Source: Planctomycetota bacterium
Lineage (GTDB): Bacteria > Planctomycetota > UBA1135 > UBA2386
Assembly (NCBI GenBank): GCA_046290465.1
Contig: JBKAGP010000001.1
Coordinates: forward strand, 3,232,001-3,296,000
DNA length: 64,000 bases
Direction: 5' to 3'
The notes under the pieces are model-generated. The model was not told the DNA's origin and did not search any database. It saw only the letters and a list, made by a program, of their open reading frames with translations. Positions 1 through 9,672 of the stretch are shown in pieces. The number at the start of each line of letters is the position of its first letter. Position 1 is the stretch's first letter. The translations under genes were made by a program, and so were the position numbers.

Positions 1-554
1 AGCCCCCACTGCGTCTCCTTGAATACGAACGTGAACGCGGTCATCTCCTTGGTCGTCCCGAACCACGCGAACTTGCACTTGCGCCAGTCGAGGTCCGGCT
101 GGAAGGAGCTGGCGAAATGCGTGCGCACCTTGGAATTGACGCCGTCGGCAGCGACCACGAGGTCGTGGCTCGCGACCAGCGCGTCGATGTCGTCGACGAC
201 GTGCTCGAAGTGCATGCGCACGCCGAACTCGCGGCAGCGGTCCTGCAGCAGCAGCAGCAGCTTCTTGCGCGCGAGGCCACAGAAACCGTGGCCGGTGCTG
301 GTCACCTTGGTGCCGGCGTAGAACGTGTCGATGTCGGTCCAGTAGGCGAAGTTCTCGCGGATCCGGCGGTAGCTCTCCGGGTCCGCCTCCTCGAAGTTGC
401 CGAGCGTCTCGTCGGAGAACACGACGCCCCAGCCGAACGTGTCGTCGGCCTTGTTCTGCTCGTAGATGTCGATCTCCGCCGACGGCAGACGCTTCTTGAG
501 CAGGATGGCGAAGTAGAGCGACGCCGGGCCACCACCGATGCAGGCGATCTTCAT
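1..554 (-). CDS. FAD-dependent monooxygenase, anthraniloyl-CoA monooxygenase / salicylyl-CoA 5-hydroxylase family (5' part, runs off the window)
   Basis: Manual translation from ATG at 554 gives MKIACIGGGPASLYFAILLKK...DDTFGWGVVFSDETL...FAYWTDID...GHGFCG...DLVVAADGVNS. It has a GxGxxG-like FAD motif, the TFGWGVVFSD family signature and a DG motif. Not in the ORF track because there is no stop in the window. Confidence 0.85.
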   Translation of the reverse strand, partial: MKIACIGGGPASLYFAILLKKRLPSAEIDIYEQNKADDTFGWGVVFSDETLGNFEEADPESYRRIRENFAYWTDIDTFYAGTKVTSTGHGFCGLARKKLLLLLQDRCREFGVRMHFEHVVDDIDALVASHDLVVAADGVNSKVRTHFASSFQPDLDWRKCKFAWFGTTKEMTAFTFVFKETQWG

Positions 555-621
555 GGACCGCCAACTCTAGTGGGCGAGCACCGCCTCGGACAACCGGACG
601 AAGGCCCGGTCCGCCCGGCGA

Positions 622-1866
622 TCAGGCGGACTGCTGCACCGGCTCGCCCGGCTGCGACAGCTCGCGGCCGGTCAGACGTTCGAGCAGACGCACGTAGCCG
701 CCGAACTCGTTCTCCCAGGCTCGCTCGCGCGTGAAGCGCCGCGCCCGTTCGGCCATCGCACGGCCGAAGGACGGGTCGTCGTGCAATCGGACCAGCAGGT
801 CGGCGAACGTCTGGTGGTCCCCGTCCTCGAACAGGCAGACCTCGTCGTCGTGGAGCAACGACTGCATGATCGACGTGCGCACGGCGACGACCGGCACGTC
901 CATCGCGACGAACTCGGGCACCTTCAGCGACAGCGCCATGTCGATGTGCACGTCCATGTGCGGCGTGAACACGCCGACCGACGCGCGACTCATCGCAGCG
1001 GGCACTTCCTGCAGCGGCAGCGGCGGACCGATCTCGACGCGATCCGCGACGCCGAGCTCCTCGGCGATCTGCTTCAGCTCCTCGAGCGGCGTGCCCTCCC
1101 CCTCCGACAGCTTGCAGTGGATGCGCAGCTTGATGCCGGGGATCCGTTCGGCCGCGAGCGGCAGCACGCGCACGCACTGGTCGACTCCGTGGCGGTGCGA
1201 CACGGTGCCGAGGTAGAGCATCACGAACTCGCCCGGATCATCCGGGCCGGTCCACGGGTGCTTGACGCGATCGAACAGGGTCGTGTCCGCCGCGTTCATG
1301 CACGCGATCGAGCGGTCGTCGCGCACGGTGCCGCGCGCGATCGCCCCCTGTCGGAACCGTTCGGTCGCGAACACGCAGGCGCTGGCGAAGCGGTGCGAGA
1401 CCCACTCCTGGATGCGGATCGGCCAGATGCCCGGGTGCTTGATGCTGGTCTTGAACTTGCTGCAGTAGACCTCCGGCATCAGGTCGTGCACGTCGAGCAC
1501 GACCGCGCGGCCGAACAGCCTCGGCACCAGCGCGGCGAACACCAGGAAGTCGGGCATGTTGTGCACGTGCACGACGTCGTAGCGACGCGCGCGGAAGGTC
1601 AGCACCCAGCCGCACAGCAGCGTGAACCACAGGTATTCGAACAGGTAGCGCAGCGTGCCGCCGCGACGGCGCGACAGCGGCAGGCGCTCGAGCTGCACGC
1701 CGCGCAACTCCTCGCGCTTGGGCTTGTCGCGGGCGCGCAGCGCCAGCACGTCGACCCGGTGGCCGCCGGCCGCGAGGCTCTCGGCGTAGCGACGCACGCG
1801 CGCATCGCCTTCGTAGTAGGCGTGCACGACCATGCAGACGCGCAACGGTCGCTCGGATGCGCTCAT
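622..1866 (-). CDS. Glycosyltransferase family 4 (GT-B)
   Basis: DARVRR, DVVHVHNMPD, VLDVHDLMPE and SLKVPEFVAMDVPVV motifs. The start overlaps the upstream stop. Confidence 0.9.
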   Translation of the reverse strand: MSASERPLRVCMVVHAYYEGDARVRRYAESLAAGGHRVDVLALRARDKPKREELRGVQLERLPLSRRRGGTLRYLFEYLWFTLLCGWVLTFRARRYDVVHVHNMPDFLVFAALVPRLFGRAVVLDVHDLMPEVYCSKFKTSIKHPGIWPIRIQEWVSHRFASACVFATERFRQGAIARGTVRDDRSIACMNAADTTLFDRVKHPWTGPDDPGEFVMLYLGTVSHRHGVDQCVRVLPLAAERIPGIKLRIHCKLSEGEGTPLEELKQIAEELGVADRVEIGPPLPLQEVPAAMSRASVGVFTPHMDVHIDMALSLKVPEFVAMDVPVVAVRTSIMQSLLHDDEVCLFEDGDHQTFADLLVRLHDDPSFGRAMAERARRFTRERAWENEFGGYVRLLERLTGRELSQPGEPVQQSA

Positions 1867-2594
1867 CACTCGATGGTGCCGACCGCCGGGCCGCCGAGCT
1901 GGAACGGCAGCAGACGACGGATGTAGAGTTCGACCCAGTTGCCGACCTCGGCGATCGACGACGTCTGCGCGTAGACGACGTCACCGGGCAGCAGCAGGAA
2001 GTCGGGCTGCTCGTCGTAGAGCACGTCCAGCATGTTGACGCGGAACGTGCGCTGGGTGCCGTCCGGGTTGATGCGGAGGATGCGGATGTCGTTGTGCTTG
2101 ACGGTGATGTCGAAGCTGCCGGCCATCGTGATGGCCTGCGTCATCGTCATGCCCGGCTGGTAGGCGATGGCGCCGGGCGCGTTGACCTCGCCGGCGACGT
2201 AGACCGACTGGGCGGCGGCCTCGGTCAGCTGCACGCCGATGCGGACCTCGGTGAACTCGCGCTTGTAGGCCTCGAGCACGAGCGTGCGCACTTCGCTGAC
2301 CGACTTGCCGGCGACCTGCAGCGGGCCGGGCAGGCGGCGCAGGTCGATGGTGCCGGTCGGCGACACGATCACGGCCTGCACGTTGTCGGTCCGGTCGCCC
2401 TGCTCGGCGCCCGACGTGGGCAGGTCGACGCGGACCGACAGGCTGTCCCCGGCGCGCACGATGTAGTCGCGCTGCATGTAGGCGGCCCACTCCATCGCGA
2501 CGGCCTTGGCGTCGAACGGGGGTGCGGACGCGCAGGAGGTCAGCAACAGCGCCAGCGACGCGGCGATCAGAATGCGCAGGGACTTCGTGCTCAC
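1866..2594 (-). CDS. Polysaccharide export lipoprotein (Wza/OPX-like, Poly_export + SLBB)
   Basis: Lipobox LLTSC; YIVRAGDSLSV, GTIDL, VYVAGEVNAPG and LLPGDVVY motifs. GTG start at 2594 is inferred. Confidence 0.85.
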   Translation of the reverse strand: MSTKSLRILIAASLALLLTSCASAPPFDAKAVAMEWAAYMQRDYIVRAGDSLSVRVDLPTSGAEQGDRTDNVQAVIVSPTGTIDLRRLPGPLQVAGKSVSEVRTLVLEAYKREFTEVRIGVQLTEAAAQSVYVAGEVNAPGAIAYQPGMTMTQAITMAGSFDITVKHNDIRILRINPDGTQRTFRVNMLDVLYDEQPDFLLLPGDVVYAQTSSIAEVGNWVELYIRRLLPFQLGGPAVGTIE

Positions 2595-2810
2595 GAGTGG
2601 GATCTGGAATGGGGTTTCGCCGACGAAGGAGCACGACACTGGAATCGCGCGCTCCCTCAGACGATCTTCGACTGCAGCGGCACGTCGGCTGAAGCGCCCA
2701 CGACATCGAACATGTGGTCAAGCCAGCAGGGTCGACGTGCCGAGCAAAGCATGGCGGGTCCGACGGGGCCCATCCATGGTGAACCAGCCATCGCGAACCG
2801 GTAGTCGAAG

Positions 2811-4151
2811 GTGCTGACGCTCTTGTTCCAGGACCCGGTCCCCGCCCAGGCGGGGGCCGACTTCGGGGGATCCACCGAGATCCACCCCGTCGGCGTCATG
2901 GCGCTCGGGCTGCTGTCCGCCCTCGCCGTATTGGCGCCGCGGCGGTTCTCCGCGCTGCCGATCATCCTGCTGCTGTGCTTCATCCCCGCCGGCCAGCGCC
3001 TGGTCATCGCGACGGTCGACTTCACGTTCATCCGGCTGCTGATGCTGGTCGTGTGGTTCCGGCTGTTCATCCGGCGGGAGATGCGGCCGATCGTCTGGAA
3101 CCACCTGGATCGCGCGATGCTGCTGTGGGCGTTCGTGTCGGTGGTCACCGGGGGCCTGCTGGGCTGGACGCTGTCGATCCTGATCAACCGCCTCGGCATC
3201 GCGATCGACGCGATGATGGTCTACTTCTTCTTCCGGATGCTGATCCGGAGCCACGAGGACCTGGCTGCGATCGCCAAGCAGTTCCTGCTCAGCAGCTTCG
3301 CGGTGGCGATGTTCTTCCTGGTCGAGAACCGCACCCAGAAGAACCTGTTCTCGATGTTCGGCGGCGTGCCTGCCTTCACCGACATCCGCGACGGCCGCCT
3401 GCGCTGCCAGGGCGCGTTCGCGCACGCGATCCTGGCCGGCTGCTTCTGGGCGTGCCTGATCCCGTTCTACGCCGTGCGGGGCTTCTTGGGGAAGGGCTGG
3501 CTGCTGGTCGGCGCCGGCACCGTGGCGGCCGTCGCGATCATCGGCATGTGCGCTTCCAGCACCCCGGTGATGGCGTTCGCGTTCGGCATGGTCGGAGCCA
3601 GCGCGTTCCTGATCCGGAGCTCGCTGCGCTGGCTGCGCTGGCTGACGCTGGCCTGGCTGTGCGTGCTGCACTTCCTGATCATGAAGCAGCCGGTCTGGCA
3701 CCTGCTGGCGCGCGTCGACGTCGTCGGCGGCTCGACCGGCTGGCACCGCTTCCACCTCGTCGACAAGTTCTTCGTCTACTTCCACGAGTGGTGGCAGGTC
3801 GGCACGCTCGGCACCGGCCACTGGGGCCCGGGGCTGCACGACGTCACCAACCAATACGTCGCCGAAGGCGTCAACGGCGGCGTCTGGCGGCTGGCGATGT
3901 TCACGATCATCGTGCTGCTGGCGTTCGCCGGGATCTCGCGCAGCATGCGACTGCAGGCCGGCGGCAAGACCTACTGGCTGTGCACCTGGGCTCTGGGCAC
4001 GGCCCTGTTCATGCACTGCATGAACTTCATCGCCGTGAGCTACTTCGAGCAGATCGTCGTCCAGTGGAACATGCTGCTCGCCGCAATCGGCTCGCTGACG
4101 CTGGTTCCGGGTGCTTCGACCACCCGCCAACTGGCCCAGCTGCAGACCTGA
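2811..4151 (+). CDS. O-antigen ligase/polymerase-like (Wzy_C) multi-TM membrane protein
   Basis: Many hydrophobic segments, RLRCQGAFAHAILAG, STGWHR and DVTNQY motifs; sits in an EPS cluster. Confidence 0.75.
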   Translation: MLTLLFQDPVPAQAGADFGGSTEIHPVGVMALGLLSALAVLAPRRFSALPIILLLCFIPAGQRLVIATVDFTFIRLLMLVVWFRLFIRREMRPIVWNHLDRAMLLWAFVSVVTGGLLGWTLSILINRLGIAIDAMMVYFFFRMLIRSHEDLAAIAKQFLLSSFAVAMFFLVENRTQKNLFSMFGGVPAFTDIRDGRLRCQGAFAHAILAGCFWACLIPFYAVRGFLGKGWLLVGAGTVAAVAIIGMCASSTPVMAFAFGMVGASAFLIRSSLRWLRWLTLAWLCVLHFLIMKQPVWHLLARVDVVGGSTGWHRFHLVDKFFVYFHEWWQVGTLGTGHWGPGLHDVTNQYVAEGVNGGVWRLAMFTIIVLLAFAGISRSMRLQAGGKTYWLCTWALGTALFMHCMNFIAVSYFEQIVVQWNMLLAAIGSLTLVPGASTTRQLAQLQT

Positions 4152-4394
4152 CCGGACCAACCCGGAAACCGTGGCGGGCGTCGGTCGAGACGGACGCCGG
4201 ACGGGTGTCGGAGCCCGGTGCCATCGCGACCTCGACGAACCCAGGTCGAATCGGTGGAAAACCCGAGTGCGCCTGCAACGAAAAAACGCTTCAACCGTTG
4301 TCCCGCGGTTCGATCAGCGACCGATAAATCGAGCGGGTACCTCGTACCCGCCTGCACCACAACCACTAGTAGCCGCCGCCACCAACTCGCCGCG

Positions 4395-5772
4395 ATGTCG
4401 CGCTCCCCCCGTCGACTCAACACCACCATCGCAGAACTGCTCTGCATCCTCGCCGCACTGAGCGCCGCGGGGCTGTGGGCAACGTCTGCACAAGTCTCCA
4501 CGGAAGCCCAGGTCGGCGCCGCGCTGGGGCTGTGGGGGTTGTTCGGCGCGGGCTGGCTGCTGATCGCCCGGCGACTCGGCGCGCAGTCGATTCCGCCTAG
4601 CCGCAACCTGACGCTGTCGCTGCGGCGCACGCTCGAGTCCTGGGCCGCAACCTGGGGCATCACCGGTCCTGCTGGCGGTCACGACGATCGCACCCGCCCA
4701 CCTGCAGATCTGGATCGTACTGGTCGTCGGCGCCGCGCTGCTGGCCTTCCTCCGGCTGGCGACGTCGTTCTCCAGCGCCGGCGCGGGCAGCGACCGCCTG
4801 CGCGCGATCGTGGTCGGCTCGTGCCCGAGCGCGCGCGCCCTGACCTCGACCCGCGACGCCGGCGAGGCGTTCGAGTTCTTCGGCTTCGTGCCGTTCACCA
4901 ACGAAGACCCCCACAACATGCCGCACCTCGCCAAGCTCGGCCGGGTGCACGACCTCGCCGACATGCTGCGCGAGCACGAGATCGACGTCGCGTTCGTCAG
5001 CCCTTCGGACGACGCCATCACCGGCGAGGTCCACCAAGCCATGGACACCTGCGAGGCCCTCGGGCTGCAGACGCAGTACTTCCCTTCGTTCCTGGACGTC
5101 GACGACATGCGCGTCGGCATGACCTGGAGCGCCAACCGCCCTGGCCTCAACGTGCAGGCCGTCGGCGAGACCTCGCTGTCGGCGATCGCCAAGCGCGCCA
5201 TCGACATCGTCGGCGCCACCATCGGCCTGCTGATCCTGCTGCCGGTGTTCGTGGCCTGCGCCCTCGCCGTCAAGCTGACCAGCGCCGGCCCGATCTTCTA
5301 TCGCCAGACGCGCGTCGGGAAAGCCGGCCGCAGCTTCGGGTGCCTGAAGTTCCGCACCATGAAGGTCGGAGCCCACGCCCAGCAAGAACTGCTGCGCGCC
5401 GCGAGCCAGCAGGACGGCCCGGCGTTCAAGATCAAGGGCGACCCGCGCATCACCGCCGTCGGCCGCGTGCTGCGCAAGTTCAGCCTGGACGAACTGCCGC
5501 AGCTGTTCAACGTGCTGCTCGGCGACATGAGCCTGGTCGGGCCGCGCCCGCCGATCCCGAGCGAGGTCGACAAATACACCTGGTGGCAGCGCCGCCGGAT
5601 CTCGATCAAGCCGGGCCTGACGTGCGTCTGGCAGGTCTACGGCCGCAACCGCGTGTCGTTCAAGCGGTGGGTCGAGATGGACCTCTACTACATCGACAAC
5701 TGGTCGCTGTGGTTGGACCTGAAGCTGATCCTGCACACGGTGCGGGTGGTCGCGCGCGGCACCGGCATGTAG
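4395..5772 (+). CDS. Priming polyprenyl-phosphate sugar transferase (WcaJ/CpsE-like) with an apparent +1 frameshift at ~4667-4668
   Basis: C-terminal Bac_transf domain (KRAIDI, KFRTM, DPRIT, SLDELPQLFNVLLGDMSLVGPRP, KPGLT, DLYYIDNWSLWLD). The N-terminal TM region from ATG 4395 is in a different frame and joins at ACC GGT C CTG CTG. Confidence 0.8.
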
Positions 5773-5773
5773 C

Positions 5774-5791
5774 GGGCAGCCCCCGCTGCCC
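5774..5791. terminator. GC-rich hairpin between convergent genes
   Basis: GGGCAGC-cccc-GCTGCCC lies just after the stop at 5772. There is no U-tract. Confidence 0.35.
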
Positions 5792-5799
5792 CGCCCCCA

Positions 5800-7131
5800 T
5801 CACGCCTCCATCAGGCGTTCGATTTCGCGGATCGACTTCGGCACGTCCGCGGTCAGGACCTCCGGGCCGGACCTGGTGACCAGCACGTCGTCCTCGATCC
5901 GGATGCCGATGCCGCGCAGCTCCTTCGGCACGCTGCGATCGCTCGATGCGAAGTAGAGGCCGGGCTCGACGGTCAGCACGGCGCCCACCGGCAGCTTCGC
6001 CGGCTTGCCCCGCTCGTCCTCGTAGCCACCGACGTCGTGCACGTCGCGACCGAGCCAGTGGCTGGTGCCGTGCATGTACCACGGCCGGAACTTCTGCGCC
6101 TTGACCAGCGCCGGCACCTCACCGCGCAGCACGCCGAGCTCGACCAGCCCGCGCGTCAGCGCACGCACGCACGCACGGTGCGCGCTGTCCCACGCAGCGC
6201 CCGGCTTGCACGCCCGGATGCCGGCCTGCTGGGCGCGCAGCACCACCCGGTAGACGGCCGCCTGCGCCTCGGAGAACCGCCCGTTGACCGGGAACGTGCG
6301 CGTCACGTCCGCGGTCACGCCAGCGACCTCGGCGCCGGCGTCGATCAGCAGCAGGTCGCCGTCGCGCATGCGCCGGTCGTTCTCGTGGTAGTGCAGCACA
6401 CACGCGTTGGGGCCGCTGGCGACGATCGACGGATAGCCGTTGCGCGGGCTGCCGGCAGCGCGGAACGCCTGCTCGAGCGCCGCCTGCGCCTCGTACTCGA
6501 ACATCCGGGGCCGCGTCGCCGCCATCGCCGCGGCGTGGCCGGCGCAAGTGATGCGGGCCGCGCGCCGCATCGCGTCGAGTTCGCTGCGGTCCTTGACCAG
6601 GCGCTGGGCGGCGAGCTCGGGCGACGGATCGCGCAGGACCGGGTGCGAGGGCAGCCGCGCTCGACGACGGCGCCGCGAGACCTCCCGGAACACGCCGAAC
6701 AGGCGCGCATCGAACTCGGCATCGCGACCGAACGTGTGGAACACCGTGCCGTCGAGCTGCACCAGCTCCGCCAGGTCCGACCACAGGTCGCCGATCGGCC
6801 GCCCTTCGTCGACCCCGAACTTCTGCCGCGCGCCTCGGGTACCGAAGCGCACCCCGTCCCAGACCTCGCGCTCGCGGTTCCGTTCGCGCACGAACAGGAT
6901 CGCGCGATGGCGGCGGCCGTCCAGCCGCCACGCGACCAGCACCGCATCCGGCTCGGGGAAGCCGGTCAGGTGCAGCAGATCCGACCCCGGCCGGAACTCG
7001 TGCAGCACGTCGCCGTTGCGCGGCGCCTCGGCGGGGGTCGGCAGGACGAGGAGGCCGTCGCCGAGCGCGTTCAGCAGCCGCTGGCGGCGCGAACGATGCA
7101 GGGACGGATCGAGGAGGGCGTCGCGGCTCAC
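5800..7131 (-). CDS. pepP: Xaa-Pro aminopeptidase (M24B)
   Basis: AMP_N domain (RNGDV..FRPGSD..LTGFPEPDA) and metal ligands in LIDAG, ADVTRT, HGTSHWLGRDVHD, TVEPG and GIRIEDD. Confidence 0.92.
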   Translation of the reverse strand: MSRDALLDPSLHRSRRQRLLNALGDGLLVLPTPAEAPRNGDVLHEFRPGSDLLHLTGFPEPDAVLVAWRLDGRRHRAILFVRERNREREVWDGVRFGTRGARQKFGVDEGRPIGDLWSDLAELVQLDGTVFHTFGRDAEFDARLFGVFREVSRRRRRARLPSHPVLRDPSPELAAQRLVKDRSELDAMRRAARITCAGHAAAMAATRPRMFEYEAQAALEQAFRAAGSPRNGYPSIVASGPNACVLHYHENDRRMRDGDLLLIDAGAEVAGVTADVTRTFPVNGRFSEAQAAVYRVVLRAQQAGIRACKPGAAWDSAHRACVRALTRGLVELGVLRGEVPALVKAQKFRPWYMHGTSHWLGRDVHDVGGYEDERGKPAKLPVGAVLTVEPGLYFASSDRSVPKELRGIGIRIEDDVLVTRSGPEVLTADVPKSIREIERLMEA

Positions 7132-7171
7132 GCCGCGCGAGTTTGCCGTGCGACCCGCCGCCGGAAAAGGC

Positions 7172-8119
7172 TCAGGAGCTCATCGAGTCGACGACCGACA
7201 TCTGCACGCCGGTGCCACCTGCCTTCTTGGTGACCATCAGGAACTCGACCGAGAACTCCATGCCTTCGATCGAGAACGGCGCGTGGAAGCACAGATCGTC
7301 GGTCACCGCCCGGCGCTGCAGGTCGTCGCCCATGTAGACGCTCGGCACCGAGATGTCGAACAGCGGCGCCTTCTGGAACAGCTCGGTCTTGATGTTGCCG
7401 CCGACCATGTTGGTCAGTTCCCCGATCGCGTCGACGACGTCGCCGTCCTGCAGCTCCTCGGGCTCCATCATCAGCAGCGAGCCGCAGGCCTTCTTGGCCA
7501 GTTCGCGCGGCAGAAACAGCGAGATCGAACCGGTCAGGAAACCGGCGACGCCGATGCTGCCGATGACCTCGGCCTTGCGCATCTCGGCCTTCTCGACCCG
7601 CACGTCGCCGGCGCTGACGCGCAACCCCATCATGGTGCGGAACACCTCGACGGTCGCCTTGGTGATGCAGCGGCCCATGTCCTGGTCGAGCGAGAAGCCC
7701 GGCAGGCTCGACTTGTAGTCGTCGATCAGGCTCTCGATCTGGCCGAGCAGCTGGTCGGTACCGTTGCTCTTGGCGAGCACGAGGTTGGCGCCCGCCTCGC
7801 GACAACGCGCCGCCGTCTGTTCGTCCTCGAGCGCGGTGAACACGACGATCGGCAGCACCGCCGAGGCCTTCTTGGCGCGCACGGTCTCGACGATGTCGAC
7901 ACCTTCACGATCGCCGACGATGTAGTCCGTCAGGATCAGGTCGACGTCGTGACGGATGAAGGCCTCGTAGGCGCCGACGATGTCGGACACGGCGATGACG
8001 CTGAGGCCGGCCTCGGCGAAGTGCGAGGTCAACACCTTGGTGAGCGTAGCCGAGTCGTTTACGAGCAGAATCGTGTGCAAAGTCTGGTCCCCTCCGTCTA
8101 ACTGCTTTGATGCCAACAT
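7172..8119 (-). CDS. Response regulator receiver domain fused to a CheX-like phosphatase domain
   Basis: N-terminal REC domain (ILLVND, DLILTD, PIVVFTA, AKS). C-terminal CheX domain with DAIGELTNMVGGN (ExxN) and ISVPSV. Confidence 0.85.
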   Translation of the reverse strand: MLASKQLDGGDQTLHTILLVNDSATLTKVLTSHFAEAGLSVIAVSDIVGAYEAFIRHDVDLILTDYIVGDREGVDIVETVRAKKASAVLPIVVFTALEDEQTAARCREAGANLVLAKSNGTDQLLGQIESLIDDYKSSLPGFSLDQDMGRCITKATVEVFRTMMGLRVSAGDVRVEKAEMRKAEVIGSIGVAGFLTGSISLFLPRELAKKACGSLLMMEPEELQDGDVVDAIGELTNMVGGNIKTELFQKAPLFDISVPSVYMGDDLQRRAVTDDLCFHAPFSIEGMEFSVEFLMVTKKAGGTGVQMSVVDSMSS

Positions 8120-8216
8120 CGACTCGTTGGCATCGAGCCTTTACAGGAGCAGTCCCTTCAGGGAGATCCCGGTAGACACAGTTCGAGCGCGGGAAAACCC
8201 GCGCTCGCGCACACGA

Positions 8217-8675
8217 CTAGAAGAACGGGACCTCGACGAAGACGTCCGGTTGGTCCCACGACAACGGCACTTCGACGAACACCGGCGCGAACCCGACCGC
8301 GTCGATCTCGAGCACGACCAACGCCTCGTCTTCGTCGAAAGCGGGGCTCAGGATCGCAGCACCGGTGCTGTCCTCGAGGAAGCCAACCTCGGCGTCGGCC
8401 AGGATGTACTCGTCGATCAGCACCCGGCCATTGCCGTCGGTCAGGAACCAGTCGAGGTACGGGCTGACACAGGTGCACCCCGACCATTCCTGGTCCGCCT
8501 CGACCACGCGGACCGACACGTTCTCCCAGGCGAGGTTGGTGTTGGGGTCGTAGACCTCGACCAGGATCGAAGTGAGCCGCGCCTGTTCGACGACGATCGT
8601 GCCGCGGCGGCCGCTCCCGCCACAGGCGGCCAGCAGGAGAGCAGCGGAAAGAAGGATCGGCAGTTGGAAGCGCAT
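8217..8675 (-). CDS. Hypothetical acidic lipoprotein
   Basis: Signal peptide with lipobox LAAC; GC3-biased codons. Confidence 0.75.
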   Translation of the reverse strand: MRFQLPILLSAALLLAACGGSGRRGTIVVEQARLTSILVEVYDPNTNLAWENVSVRVVEADQEWSGCTCVSPYLDWFLTDGNGRVLIDEYILADAEVGFLEDSTGAAILSPAFDEDEALVVLEIDAVGFAPVFVEVPLSWDQPDVFVEVPFF

Positions 8676-8861
8676 GGTTTCGGTCTCTGGAAAGGTCCGG
8701 GACGAAGCATCCCGGCGCAGGCTTGAAGCAACCGCCGTGCCGCCCGAACGGGCCCACGGCGCGCGTGCCACCGACGGTTCGGGCCGCGCCGGGCGAAGCG
8801 TGTCGCGCCAGCAGGACACCGGGAGGAGCCCCCCGGCGACACGGCGGCTACCAGCGCACGC

Positions 8862-9672
8862 TCACGGCGAGCGTGGCGACCGTGCCCCAGAACGGTAGTA
8901 GGCCAACAGCTCGTCGATGACGTCCATGGCCTTGCCGTGGAAGTGGTTGTTGGCGACCACCAGCGTGCGCGTGGCGTCCTGATCGATGCGTTGCACGCGC
9001 CCCCCACAGCTGCCGCACCTCCTGCTCGGAGTACTGCCAGTCGTAGACTTCGTTGCGGCTCGCACCGCGACGGAACCAGGCCCGGTTGCGACCGTGCAGG
9101 CGGAAGTAGCTGACGCCGCCGGCGCGCACGCCGGTCACGTCCCGCGAGAAGCCGCCGACCATGCCAGGATAGTCGAGCTCGAGCACCCCGACGCCGCACG
9201 CCTTCATCGCGTCGAGCCCGGCCGCGGCGTTCCAGCTGCGGTGGCGAAGTTCGACGAACAGCGGCGCGACCGGCGTGAACGCGTCGGCGAGGCGCCGCAC
9301 CAGATCGACGGCGCGCGGATCGAACGGCAGTTCGTGGTTGAACTGGGCCAGCAGCCCGACGAGACGACCCGACTCCTCGAGCGGTGCGAACCCCTCGCGC
9401 ACCTTGGCGACCAGCGCGTCGTCGAAGCGGCGCAGGTGCGTGAACTCCTGCGGCAGCTTGGCCGTGAACCGCGTGCCGAGGTCTTCGGTGCGGCTCGCCC
9501 ACGACGCGCAGCTCTTCGCCGAGGGCAGGCCGTAGAACGTGCTGTTGACCTCGATCAGATCGAGGCGCTCGGCAACCGCGCGCAGCGTGTCCTTGCAGTT
9601 GCGCGGATAGACGACGTCCTTCCAGTCGTCGTAGGACCACCCTGCGACGCCGAACAGCACGTCGTCAGCCAT
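8862..9672 (-). CDS. DUF72 family protein with an apparent frameshift in a G6 run at 9000-9005
   Basis: GVAGWSYDDW, EVNSTFY, ELRHRSW, YFRLHGRN and YDWQYS motifs. The conserved C-terminus (VVANNHFHGKA) is in another frame. Confidence 0.85.
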
